Shown here piece after piece: positions 1-8,520 of a DNA stretch of 64,000 bases. Source of the DNA: Erysipelotrichaceae bacterium (GTDB lineage: Bacteria > Bacillota_I > Bacilli_A > Erysipelotrichales > Erysipelotrichaceae). The notes beneath the pieces were generated by a model. That model did no database searches. It saw only the letters and a list, made by a program, of their open reading frames with translations, and was not told the origin of the DNA. How positions within the stretch are numbered: the stretch's first letter is position 1; every line of letters begins with the position of its first letter. The stretch is taken from positions 3,198-67,197 of the forward strand of contig JAFRJA010000045.1 of assembly GCA_017432545.1 (NCBI GenBank), read 5' to 3'. A program made the translations under genes and the position numbers.

Positions 1-405
1 TTTGTTGATGAAAATAATGTAGATGAACTTAGTGGATGTGATTTTGTCTTTTTGGCTCTAGATTCCGGATCATCAAAAAGGATTATTATAAATTATGCTG
101 TTGTCAATGGAATGGAATTTATAGATTGTGGTATTGATGTTATCAGACAAAACGATTATCTTATAGGCCTGTTGCGTAATACGTTTTACAGAGGGAACAA
201 TATAGAAACTATTAAGACTCACATTTCATTTGATTCTGATGATAATGATTTATATCGTAGCAATATCCAAACATCAGAACTAAATACCCTCAGTGCAATC
301 ATGGCAGTAATTGAATGGAAGAAAAGATGTGGTTTTTATCTGTCAATTTGCGAAAAAGATAATTATGTTTTCTCAACCGACACCGGAGAGAATGTATGGT
401 CTTGA
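1..405 (+). CDS. ThiF/E1-like adenylyltransferase, C-terminal part (5' end cut by window edge)
   Basis: Frame 1 is open from base 1 (FVDENNVDELSGCDFVFLALDSGSSKRIIINYAVVNGMEFIDCGIDV...). This resembles the core of ThiF/MoeB/E1 enzymes. The stop overlaps the next ORF start. Confidence 0.6.
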   Translation, partial: FVDENNVDELSGCDFVFLALDSGSSKRIIINYAVVNGMEFIDCGIDVIRQNDYLIGLLRNTFYRGNNIETIKTHISFDSDDNDLYRSNIQTSELNTLSAIMAVIEWKKRCGFYLSICEKDNYVFSTDTGENVWS

Positions 406-743
406 AATATTTAAAGCCTGTATTTACAAAACGGATTCCAGAGGAATTAGATAGTGGCATTATGTATGTGTGTATTGAAGGAAAAACCATGATGCATCTT
501 TGCCCTTGCGGGTGTGGAAAAATAGTGGTTTTACCTTTAGATAGGACTTTCTGGTCGTTCAAGTACGACGGTGAAAACATATCTATATTTCCTTCGATAG
601 GCAATTACCAATTTCCATGTAAATCTCACTACTGGATTATTGACAATTGTATTGTGTGGGATTCAGATTTGAAAAACGATGTTTTTTCGAAAAATCGAGT
701 ACAAAAGCTTATGAAAAGAATTAAGCACTTATTTGGAGCTTAA
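396..743 (+). CDS. small Cys-rich protein, DUF6527-like (possible E2-like partner of the E1)
   Basis: GGAGAG RBS, and the ATG overlaps the upstream stop. Motifs HLCPCGCGKIVVLPL and FPCKSHYWI suggest a zinc-binding small protein. Family assignment is from memory, not searched. Confidence 0.5.
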   Translation: MVLKYLKPVFTKRIPEELDSGIMYVCIEGKTMMHLCPCGCGKIVVLPLDRTFWSFKYDGENISIFPSIGNYQFPCKSHYWIIDNCIVWDSDLKNDVFSKNRVQKLMKRIKHLFGA

Positions 744-775
744 TGTAGGCCGATTAAATATGAGTTTACAATAAG

Positions 776-803
776 AAACGCCTGAACTACTTCAGGCATT
801 TCT
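776..803 (+). terminator. hairpin after the DUF6527-like gene
   Basis: GCCTGAA-CTAC-TTCAGGC stem-loop followed by a T-rich tail. Confidence 0.45.
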
Positions 804-1077
804 CATATCTTAGAAATCTGTGTGAGTGAAATAACTTTTAAATAGAACATTGTCTATTTGATTATTTTGCAATACGATTAGAATCCCTTCAATTATTGTT
901 TTCAGAAATACTATATGTATCAAATTCGTGTATTTTTACGATTTTATCATACGTCCTAATCTCAGACGCCAAATGCCTCTCTTGGCTTTAGATAAAAGAA
1001 GATATTTGGTAGTATATTAATTAGCAATGATAGATGATTTCTATGTTTCTGGATAGTAGATTTGGAGGGTAATTATT

Positions 1078-1392
1078 ATGCTCAGAATTATAAGAATGCT
1101 GGAAGATAGTAATGAGGAATATAAGAGCGTCGATGAATTAAAAAAAGAATTCGACAAATACGATAAATGGCTTTTGGAAGGGAATCCATCTTTAAAGAAG
1201 AATGATCTTCAGCATGGTGTATTCTATGAGACTGGTTATTTTGTAGTAGATGATCAGTCAATGAAGATTTATGATGCCAATGAATATTATAGGGCTGTAT
1301 ATGAAGGAACCCTTGATGATTTGAAGGAAGTGGCGGTAATCGATGTTAAGAACAAAGAATTCTTTGAAAAGATGAAGATTCTTTATGATTGA
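1078..1392 (+). CDS. hypothetical protein (104 aa)
   Basis: GGAGGG RBS 8 nt upstream of the ATG. No recognisable motif. Confidence 0.5.
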   Translation: MLRIIRMLEDSNEEYKSVDELKKEFDKYDKWLLEGNPSLKKNDLQHGVFYETGYFVVDDQSMKIYDANEYYRAVYEGTLDDLKEVAVIDVKNKEFFEKMKILYD

Positions 1393-1546
1393 TGGATATG
1401 TAATAGGATGAATAAAATGATTTTGTTCTAATTGTTGCAATCAATTTGCATGATGTACATTATTTTCCACAATCGTGGAGAAAAGTGATAAGAAATTGAT
1501 AAGACTTTGAGAATTTTAAGATGACCAATCATGAGACAATAAAGTC

Positions 1547-1735
1547 ATGAAAAGTGTTGTCCTTGACTCGTATGAAATCATCTTTAATTCTCTGATTAAA
1601 GAAGGATATTCCGAAGAAGAAGCGGAGCAGCTTATCTGCAATGTGATCGAAGATCAGATTTCCTTCTGTAATTATGCTGAGCGTATTCACAATATTATTC
1701 AGGAAGAAATCAACAATCCTGATAAGTGGAGTTAG
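1547..1735 (+). CDS. hypothetical small acidic protein (62 aa)
   Basis: ORF only, with a weak RBS. Confidence 0.3.
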   Translation: MKSVVLDSYEIIFNSLIKEGYSEEEAEQLICNVIEDQISFCNYAERIHNIIQEEINNPDKWS

Positions 1736-1804
1736 AACTTGTAGCAACTTGCTACAAGTTGAAATGGAATGCTGAACGAAGTTGTAGAAAGTTGCTACAA
1801 CTTC
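1736..1804. promoter_or_regulatory. pair of palindromic operator-like sites upstream of the coupling-protein gene
   Basis: Perfect 25-bp palindrome AACTTGTAGCAA-C-TTGCTACAAGTT at 1736-1760. Imperfect copy GAAGTTGTAGAAAGTTGCTACAACTTC at 1778-1804. The same pair recurs at 5715-5775. Confidence 0.6.
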
Positions 1805-1827
1805 TTTCATAGAGGAAAGGAGAATAA

Positions 1828-4071
1828 ATGTACATTGTTTTTATTATGCTTTCGGTAATAATCATACCGATACTCTATCTCTTCCTGGGACTGCAGATCA
1901 TATCCCTGGGAGACTTTGTAAGATCAGGATTTGAACAGGAATTCAGGATCATCTTTGATATCAGCAGATATAAAGAGTATCCTGATTTTTTGTTTTCGGT
2001 TCTGGCATTGGCTGTACTTACTGTTGTCTCGTTTCTGACGAGCACGGTTTTATCTTCCAGGGCAAGAGCTCAAAGGAAGGTAAGATCATTGACAAGAGAA
2101 GAAAAGAGGCGTGTTTCAAGGATTGCATCCAGGCATGAGGCCAAGAAAGGAACGCAGCGTCTTGAATTCAATACCGAAGGCCAGAACCTTCAAAACAGGA
2201 CTTTTAGAGGAAGTATCGATATTCTGTTTGATCCGATTAAACGCCTCTGGAACAGTCTGATAACGGTTCTGAGATTATCCGATATTCATAAGTTCAATAC
2301 GCTGCATGAGTGGAAGATTGGCGATGAAACAACTAATAGAAGAGGTGGACCTCCGATCATGACTTCCAGAAGAAGGATCTGGGTTGATGCCGCCGATACG
2401 CATTCCCTTGTTGTAGGTACCACCAGATCAGGCAAGACCTTCTCCATCGTCAATATTCTCATACAGTCATTAAGAATGTCTGATGAATCCATGATCGTTA
2501 TGGATGTAAAAGGCGAGCTTTACAAGACACATGGCAAATCGCTGATCGATGACGGATACGATGTCAAAGTCGTTGATTTCATCAATCCTAAGAAGTCTGT
2601 CAGATGGAATCCTTTGGGAATCATCATCAAAAAATACAGGGAAGCATATAACGAATACCAAAGGCAAATGTCAATGCCGGAAAACAGAAACATTGTTGAT
2701 GAGATATCTCAGGACAGGATCCTGATCACTCAGTTCAAAAGGCAGATCGCCAAATCTGACGGCGATCATGATGATCTTTTCAAACAGATAAAGATTCTGG
2801 AAAAGGAGATAGAATCCCTGAACGCAACGCTGCCAAGACCTAACTACTCGGAAGCTGAGGAACTGATATCTGATATTGCTATGAGACTCTGCCATGAAGA
2901 AGATGCCAGAGATCCTTTCTGGTCTTCTTCGGCGACAACGATCCTGGAAGGATACATCAACTTCCTTCTGGAACAGAAGATCAGGGATGAAAACGGAAAG
3001 ATGATGTTTCTTCCCGATGAGATGATCAATATGCGATCGGTCAAGATGCTGCACGATCAGGGAAAGACCTGGATCGATCCGGAGAAGTATGACAACTGCA
3101 GTTCCATTCTGGAATACTTCATAACAAAGAAAAGGAAACAGACGGATCAGTCCTATATGAAGCTGATCGAATTTGTCAGGTCTCCCGACAATACCAGAGG
3201 ATCAATCTCTGCGGTATTCGATGACAAGATCAAATACTTTCTTGCCAATGAGGATATTCTGAATATGACTTCTGTATCGGAATTTGATCTCAAGCAGCTT
3301 GGACAGAAAAAGACTGCGATATTCATCGGAATCCATGACGAAAAAGGAACCTATCATGAACTTCCTTCCATTCTGATCTCACAGACCTATGAGGAGCTGA
3401 TTAAGCTGGCCAGAAATGAAACGGACAATTCAAGACTAAAGGTTCCTGTATATGTAGTATGGGATGAATTCGCCAACGGATCCAGATGGGACAATATCGT
3501 AAATGCTTTGACTGCCGGTTTATCAAGAGGAGTCAGGTTCTGTCTGGTTGTACAGGACTTTGCGCAGCTTAATACCAAATACGGAAAAGACAATGCAGGA
3601 ACGATCCGATCCAACTGTCAGAATCTCTATTATCTGCTTGCTGGAGAATACTCGACTCTGAAGGATGTTTCTGATCTTTGCGGATCAAAGATCATCTGGA
3701 ATCACAACCGGCAGGAAAAGGAAACCGTTCCGTTACTATCGACCGATGCGCTGTCAAAACTGTCGATGGGAGAAGCGGTCATCAAAAGGCAGAGAATGAA
3801 CCCGATCAATACAAGGCTCAGAAGCTTTGACCGGTATGTCTTCAGACTACCTGAAACTCCTGTTCTTCCAGACAGAAGACTTCCAACAGCACAGTTCTTC
3901 AGCATTGATGATGAATTCAAAAAGATAAAGCTAAAAACTGAAGGAAGAATTATTGCTGAAAAGAATCATGAGGAGACTGATGTGAATGACGTTTCAGAAG
4001 ACAGGGTTCCATCGGCAGAAGAAAGAGCCGGTGAGGCCAAAGAAGGAGAGGAGGTAGGTCTGGTTGAATAA
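1828..4071 (+). CDS. type IV coupling protein (TraG/VirD4/TcpA-like conjugal DNA-transfer ATPase)
   Basis: Two N-terminal TM helices, Walker A VVGTTRSGKTFS, MDVKGELY..WNPL, and Walker B-like VYVVWDEFANG. Strong GGAAAGGAG RBS. Confidence 0.8.
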   Translation: MYIVFIMLSVIIIPILYLFLGLQIISLGDFVRSGFEQEFRIIFDISRYKEYPDFLFSVLALAVLTVVSFLTSTVLSSRARAQRKVRSLTREEKRRVSRIASRHEAKKGTQRLEFNTEGQNLQNRTFRGSIDILFDPIKRLWNSLITVLRLSDIHKFNTLHEWKIGDETTNRRGGPPIMTSRRRIWVDAADTHSLVVGTTRSGKTFSIVNILIQSLRMSDESMIVMDVKGELYKTHGKSLIDDGYDVKVVDFINPKKSVRWNPLGIIIKKYREAYNEYQRQMSMPENRNIVDEISQDRILITQFKRQIAKSDGDHDDLFKQIKILEKEIESLNATLPRPNYSEAEELISDIAMRLCHEEDARDPFWSSSATTILEGYINFLLEQKIRDENGKMMFLPDEMINMRSVKMLHDQGKTWIDPEKYDNCSSILEYFITKKRKQTDQSYMKLIEFVRSPDNTRGSISAVFDDKIKYFLANEDILNMTSVSEFDLKQLGQKKTAIFIGIHDEKGTYHELPSILISQTYEELIKLARNETDNSRLKVPVYVVWDEFANGSRWDNIVNALTAGLSRGVRFCLVVQDFAQLNTKYGKDNAGTIRSNCQNLYYLLAGEYSTLKDVSDLCGSKIIWNHNRQEKETVPLLSTDALSKLSMGEAVIKRQRMNPINTRLRSFDRYVFRLPETPVLPDRRLPTAQFFSIDDEFKKIKLKTEGRIIAEKNHEETDVNDVSEDRVPSAEERAGEAKEGEEVGLVE

Positions 4072-5542
4072 TAGAATACTTTGGATGCCTTTAAAACTGA
4101 TGGGCATCTTTTTTATTGTTATATTGCTTTTGATCATACCAATCTGTGCAGTCTTTGCCCCGGTCGTCTATCTTGGCAGCATCTTTGACAATTCCTTTGG
4201 AACACTGAAAGACAATTTTGATATCGATTACGATTCAAACTTCACGGATGAGCTGGATTCCTATATCTATGAAAACAGGATCTCTCCGGACTATAACGGT
4301 ATTACCGGATGTATCTTCTATGAATCGACTGATACGCCAGCAGACTGTCTTTCTTCAATCGATGAAGATGGAAGACTGTCTGAGATCTATGATCATCAGC
4401 AGTTTCTGGATATCGATGAGGATCTTTATATAGGATCTTACGATGATTTCTATTTCGATGAGATCCATGTATTAGGTAAATATACTGTTTCAAAGTACGA
4501 AAAGGTAGGGGAGCATGAAGAAACCAGGCTGGTTGAAAACGCTGGTTCAGGTCCATATACGGGACCTCAATATGAAACAGTCATTGTTGAAGAATACGAC
4601 TGGGTCTACTATCCGGAAATTCAAAGAGGCAAGTGTGAATCGTCGGATACAATTGCCTGCAACATCATCCTGGAAGATAAAGATGTCTATCCCTACCAGA
4701 TGATCACCTTCAACAAGGAATCATCCTTTGGCTTATGTGTTGATCCTGAATCCTATGAGATCTCGTTCAACAGTTATCAGGAATGGTCTGGAGATATGCT
4801 GTATGCATTCTCAAAGGGAACAGTAATATCTGCGAACGGTAAAGAGATCACGCTTCAGATCGATGCCAATGATGTTGATCTTTATGCCAGATATGAATCT
4901 GAGGAAGGATATCTGTCTTCTTTGTTTTCACCAGGTGAAACTGTTGAAGCTGCAGAGACCATTGCCTACTCCGAAGGCAATACCAGACTTTATATCTACA
5001 ACTCCAGAAACGAATATATCAATCCAGCTCTATTTGTTTTTGAGAAGAATTATTATACGGGACTTGGCAACGGAACGATCATTATCGGCATGGAAGACTT
5101 TGCTCCGGACTTTTCCGATACAAGAGTCTGGTATGGCTATGACGATGGCGGCATCAATCCATATGGTGATGATCATATGGGACAGTGCACATGGTTTGCT
5201 TGGGGACTGTTCTATCAGCATTATGGTTTTGATCCGGGATTCAGAGGGAAAGGAGAAAACAGTGCCTATCAGACCTATCAGAATCTGAAAGACCAGGGAT
5301 GGACCTTTTCCAGATCTCCATCACCCGGAGCGGTATTCTCTACTACCAACTTCAATCATGTAGGCATTGTCGCAGGAGTGATCGATGAAGATACCATGAT
5401 CATCGTAGAAGCCAACTTCAATCATAAGAACGATACATTCAAAGAATTCATATCGCTTCCGGATTGGGCAATGAGAGTTGTTTCAACAAAACAGTATAAA
5501 CCGGGAGTAGGATTTATTTACTGCAATCCTCCTCAGGGTTAG
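4064..5542 (+). CDS. membrane-anchored CHAP-domain peptidoglycan hydrolase
   Basis: N-terminal TM segment. The C-terminal region has GQCTWFAWG (catalytic Cys) and NHVGIV..VEANF (His/Glu), as in CHAP amidases. TTG start overlaps the upstream stop after a GGAGG RBS. Confidence 0.75.
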   Translation: MNNRILWMPLKLMGIFFIVILLLIIPICAVFAPVVYLGSIFDNSFGTLKDNFDIDYDSNFTDELDSYIYENRISPDYNGITGCIFYESTDTPADCLSSIDEDGRLSEIYDHQQFLDIDEDLYIGSYDDFYFDEIHVLGKYTVSKYEKVGEHEETRLVENAGSGPYTGPQYETVIVEEYDWVYYPEIQRGKCESSDTIACNIILEDKDVYPYQMITFNKESSFGLCVDPESYEISFNSYQEWSGDMLYAFSKGTVISANGKEITLQIDANDVDLYARYESEEGYLSSLFSPGETVEAAETIAYSEGNTRLYIYNSRNEYINPALFVFEKNYYTGLGNGTIIIGMEDFAPDFSDTRVWYGYDDGGINPYGDDHMGQCTWFAWGLFYQHYGFDPGFRGKGENSAYQTYQNLKDQGWTFSRSPSPGAVFSTTNFNHVGIVAGVIDEDTMIIVEANFNHKNDTFKEFISLPDWAMRVVSTKQYKPGVGFIYCNPPQG

Positions 5543-5573
5543 GTATTGCCATGTACAGTTGATGTCTATTCTT

Positions 5574-5712
5574 AAGCAGGATAAAGGTTTTGTATACACC
5601 AGGTGTATACAAAACCATCTGAACAACTTGGCTCTGCCAAGTTTTGCCCTTATTTCAAGGGCTTTTTCTAATATTTCAACAAAATAATGAGTGTATACAC
5701 AGGCGTATACAT
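5574..5712 (+). repeat. three-hairpin module, copy 1 (oriT/sso-like or small RNA), plus a second TGTATACA palindrome
   Basis: AAGCAGGATAAA, then GGTTTTGTATACACC-A-GGTGTATACAAAACC (15-bp stem), CTTGGC-TCT-GCCAAG, and GCCCTT-ATTTC-AAGGGC followed by TTTTT. A further palindrome GTGTATACACAGGCGTATACA follows. Near-identical copy at 16217-16354. Confidence 0.7.
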
Positions 5713-5714
5713 TT

Positions 5715-5775
5715 CCAACTTGTAGCAAGTTGCTACAAGTTGGTTTGATGTAGTTGTAGAAAGTTGCTACAAGTT
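5715..5775. promoter_or_regulatory. second pair of TTGTAGCAA/TTGCTACAA palindromes upstream of the RHH-relaxase operon
   Basis: Perfect 29-bp palindrome CCAACTTGTAGCAA-G-TTGCTACAAGTTGG at 5715-5743. Imperfect copy at 5751-5775. Confidence 0.6.
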
Positions 5776-5791
5776 TTATGAAAGGAAGAAA

Positions 5792-6250
5792 ATGTCAAAT
5801 AACAATAACGTGATAACTGTCAGATTGGACGGTGACTGTCTGACAAAACTTGATAAGCTTCTGGAGTTTGAAAAGGTTGAAGCAAGAAGAATCAAAAAAC
5901 CAGAAGGAAGAAAGAAGGATATTATCGAAGAAGCGATCAGGGATCTTTATTACAAGAAGATAAACAAAACTCATGATGCCGATGTCGTAGGAAGGATCTC
6001 ACAGACCGTAGATGACAAAGTGAATGCCTCGATGAACAATCTACATGGCAAGATCGACCAGATCCTGTATCTGGTGAACAAGCTGGATCTGGGAACCAAA
6101 GTACTCTACAGAAGTCCGAGCGTTATGCCTGCGCCTAAGGATGTTGAACAGGCCATAAGAATTATCACAAACGAAGAATCGAAATGGTACAACGCTGTAG
6201 AGGAGATAATGACCAGCAACATCAAGAAGAAAGATGAAGGGGAAGAATAA
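5792..6250 (+). CDS. ribbon-helix-helix protein (relaxosome accessory/regulator candidate)
   Basis: N-terminus VITVRLDGDCLTKLDKLL fits an RHH beta-strand plus helix. The stop overlaps the downstream start (TAATG). Confidence 0.55.
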   Translation: MSNNNNVITVRLDGDCLTKLDKLLEFEKVEARRIKKPEGRKKDIIEEAIRDLYYKKINKTHDADVVGRISQTVDDKVNASMNNLHGKIDQILYLVNKLDLGTKVLYRSPSVMPAPKDVEQAIRIITNEESKWYNAVEEIMTSNIKKKDEGEE

Positions 6251-7461
6251 TGCCGGATCTTTTCTGCAAGGTAAGATATTTCAGAATCGGACAGGATGCA
6301 CCGAAGAACAGCTGCTTCAAGGGAACCGTAACACCGAAGTCGATATTCGGTGGATCCGGTTCTTATTTTGATTATTGTGAACGATATGTTGATAAGGAAA
6401 ACAAATCCCTGATGAGCTATACCGGAAGATATGGATATACCATGACTTCCGAAGGATATCTTGATACCAAAGAGAAATCAGAAGAATTCAAGATCAAAGG
6501 AACGGAAGCATTGAATAAACCTGGAGCAGTTCTTTATGAATTTGTTGTCAGTATGCCTGACTATGATCGGGCAAACAACTATAATCTTGCATCACAGGAA
6601 CAGTTCGCTCCGGTAATATCGAATATCATGCCGGTATATCTCAAATCCATAGGCCTTGATCCAAATAATGTTTCCTGGTGGGAAGACTTTCATCCGGAGA
6701 ACAGGACCAGCGTAACACCGCATCCTCATATCCATCTTCTTTTCTTTGAGAATGAACCTTCCGGAACATTCGATCAGTCCTATGGAAAGCTTCCAAAAAA
6801 AGCGATAGACAAGTTCAAGAATCTTTTCGGAAACGAAATGTTGAAAAGAGAAGACCAGGGAATATATCGAGATCTTTTCAGAAACATCAATGAATCCAGA
6901 AAATATGTTCTTGATAATCTCAAGCATACCGATCTTAGTAAGGTAAAGTCTCTGAAAGATCTGTACGCAATTCTACCAAAATCGGGAAGACTGCAGATCA
7001 ATTCTGCCAATATGGCTCCATACAGGGAAACGGTATTCAGAGTCGTTGATGATCTTCTTGGTTCAAAGGAATGCAAAGAAACCTGGGATAAGTATTTATC
7101 ATCATTGGATCGATATGAAAGAAGAATCAATGTTAAATCAAGTCAGTCTGTTTCACAAAGGAAGGAAATGGAAATCTCAAAACTTAAGGATCAGATCGCA
7201 AACTATATTCTTTCCAACCGGAAGGGATACATTTCAGAGAATTCATACGACAGCATATTGAAAAATAGAAACTATAAGTTGTCTGATGGAAGCCAGGGGA
7301 TAGTTTATAAGAACAGTTCTATTGTAAGAGGTAGACTCTCCACAAGAAACTCAACTGTCTCAACGAAAAGAGCAATCAATGGTTTGGTTGCCAAAAGGCA
7401 AAGGGAGATTGAAAGGGAGATCGATATGTATCTGAACCAGGGAAGAGGTATGAGCATGTAA
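6250..7461 (+). CDS. putative relaxase/mobilization protein (histidine-triad type)
   Basis: FHPENRTSVTPHPHIHLLFFE resembles the H-x-(D/E)...PHxH metal-binding motif of MOBQ/MOBP-like relaxases. N-terminal Tyr-containing region. Sits beside the RHH gene, coupling protein and hairpin module. Confidence 0.5.
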   Translation: MPDLFCKVRYFRIGQDAPKNSCFKGTVTPKSIFGGSGSYFDYCERYVDKENKSLMSYTGRYGYTMTSEGYLDTKEKSEEFKIKGTEALNKPGAVLYEFVVSMPDYDRANNYNLASQEQFAPVISNIMPVYLKSIGLDPNNVSWWEDFHPENRTSVTPHPHIHLLFFENEPSGTFDQSYGKLPKKAIDKFKNLFGNEMLKREDQGIYRDLFRNINESRKYVLDNLKHTDLSKVKSLKDLYAILPKSGRLQINSANMAPYRETVFRVVDDLLGSKECKETWDKYLSSLDRYERRINVKSSQSVSQRKEMEISKLKDQIANYILSNRKGYISENSYDSILKNRNYKLSDGSQGIVYKNSSIVRGRLSTRNSTVSTKRAINGLVAKRQREIEREIDMYLNQGRGMSM

Positions 7462-7533
7462 TGATGCACTGCAATTGATTATAAGTGTTACTTTCATTAT
7501 TTCTTGCCTGTTAGCATATAAATAGGAGGAATT

Positions 7534-7605
7534 ATGGTTTTACACATACAGGGCGGACAACCGGTATCGCTGATAGGGTGCCTGCTGTTTTGGATGAAAG
7601 TCTAA
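7534..7605 (+). CDS. candidate 23-aa leader peptide (MVLHIQGGQPVSLIGCLLFWMKV)
   Basis: Strong AGGAGGA RBS 5 nt upstream of the ATG. Its 3' codons and stop lie inside a terminator stem. Confidence 0.35.
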   Translation: MVLHIQGGQPVSLIGCLLFWMKV

Positions 7606-7630
7606 AACGGCAGCCCCTTTTTGTTTTCTT
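7582..7630 (+). terminator. attenuator-type terminator overlapping the leader ORF end
   Basis: CTGCTGTTTT / AAAACGGCAG 10-bp stem followed by CCCCTTTTTGTTTT. A further hairpin GGTTTGGCA..TGCCAAAC lies at about 7648-7700. Confidence 0.5.
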
Positions 7631-7824
7631 GATGGTTTTACGGCAGGGTTTGGCAAGTTCTATATAGAGCAAACATGTATTTGCTGCCAAACTAAACTTG
7701 CAAAAGCAATTTTTTCTTGTTTTTACAAAATTTTATACAAAAAAGTACTATTTTCGGGTTTTCCGCTCGTTCTGTGTAAGTGAAGGGACCAGAAATTCCT
7801 TTGTTTACTAAGGAGGTAAAAGCA

Positions 7825-8253
7825 GTGGAAAATAATCTGAATTTGGAAGATATTTCTAAGCAATACGATTCATACATTAAGAAGACCATCAGGAACTTTA
7901 AAGCTGATTACATCAGAAAAAATGCAAGCAGATGGGAAAACGAACTATATCTGGAAGAATTGCCGTTTGCCAAAAGGGAAGATCTGATGAAAGACGAAAC
8001 AGTCAGTGATAATGAAAAAATGTATGTGGTTAACGGGAGATTAATCACAAAAGAGATGATTCATAAAGCACTGAATCTTCTTCCGGAAAAGAAATCGGTC
8101 GTCATCAAACTTCATTATTTTGACAATCTTAATGAAGATAAGATAGCAGAGCAGCTAGGTCTATCCCAAGAAGGTGTCAGCAAAAGAATAAGGACAGCAT
8201 TAAAGATACTGATGGAAATATTTGAGGATATCGGTGATGGCGAATGCATCTAA
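7825..8253 (+). CDS. sigma-70 family (region 4) transcription factor, Tn916 orf7-like
   Basis: AAGGAGG RBS then GTG at 7825. C-terminal NEDKIAEQLGLSQEGVSKRIRTALKIL is a sigma region 4.2 HTH. Confidence 0.7.
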   Translation: MENNLNLEDISKQYDSYIKKTIRNFKADYIRKNASRWENELYLEELPFAKREDLMKDETVSDNEKMYVVNGRLITKEMIHKALNLLPEKKSVVIKLHYFDNLNEDKIAEQLGLSQEGVSKRIRTALKILMEIFEDIGDGECI

Positions 8254-8491
8254 CCATCATCATCGGAAATATGGTGAACCGGATGGAAAGCTTGTAATAG
8301 CAGCTGTATCTGGAGATCGGGAAGCAATGCTTTCAATCCTCGATTTTTATAAAGGTTATATTAGTTCGGTGGCTATCATCAAATACAAAATTCAGAATAG
8401 CACTGAAAAAGATTTCTATGATGAGGAATTTCATAAAGATTTACTTCAGAAAGTGATTGAAGCAACTCATAAATTCCGCATCAAAAGATAA
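8237..8491 (+). CDS. conjugative-transposon HTH protein, Tn916 orf8-like
   Basis: AAVSGDREAMLSILDFYKGYISSVA matches the helix-turn-helix conjugative-transposon-like small proteins that follow orf7-type sigma genes. Confidence 0.6.
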   Translation: MANASNHHHRKYGEPDGKLVIAAVSGDREAMLSILDFYKGYISSVAIIKYKIQNSTEKDFYDEEFHKDLLQKVIEATHKFRIKR

Positions 8492-8520
8492 AACCTAAAC
8501 CACAAAAAACGTTTAGTATT

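Noticed and set aside
2286-3054. Several 65-127 aa minus-strand ORFs inside the coupling-protein gene.
   Set aside because: All are antisense to a motif-rich 747-aa CDS.
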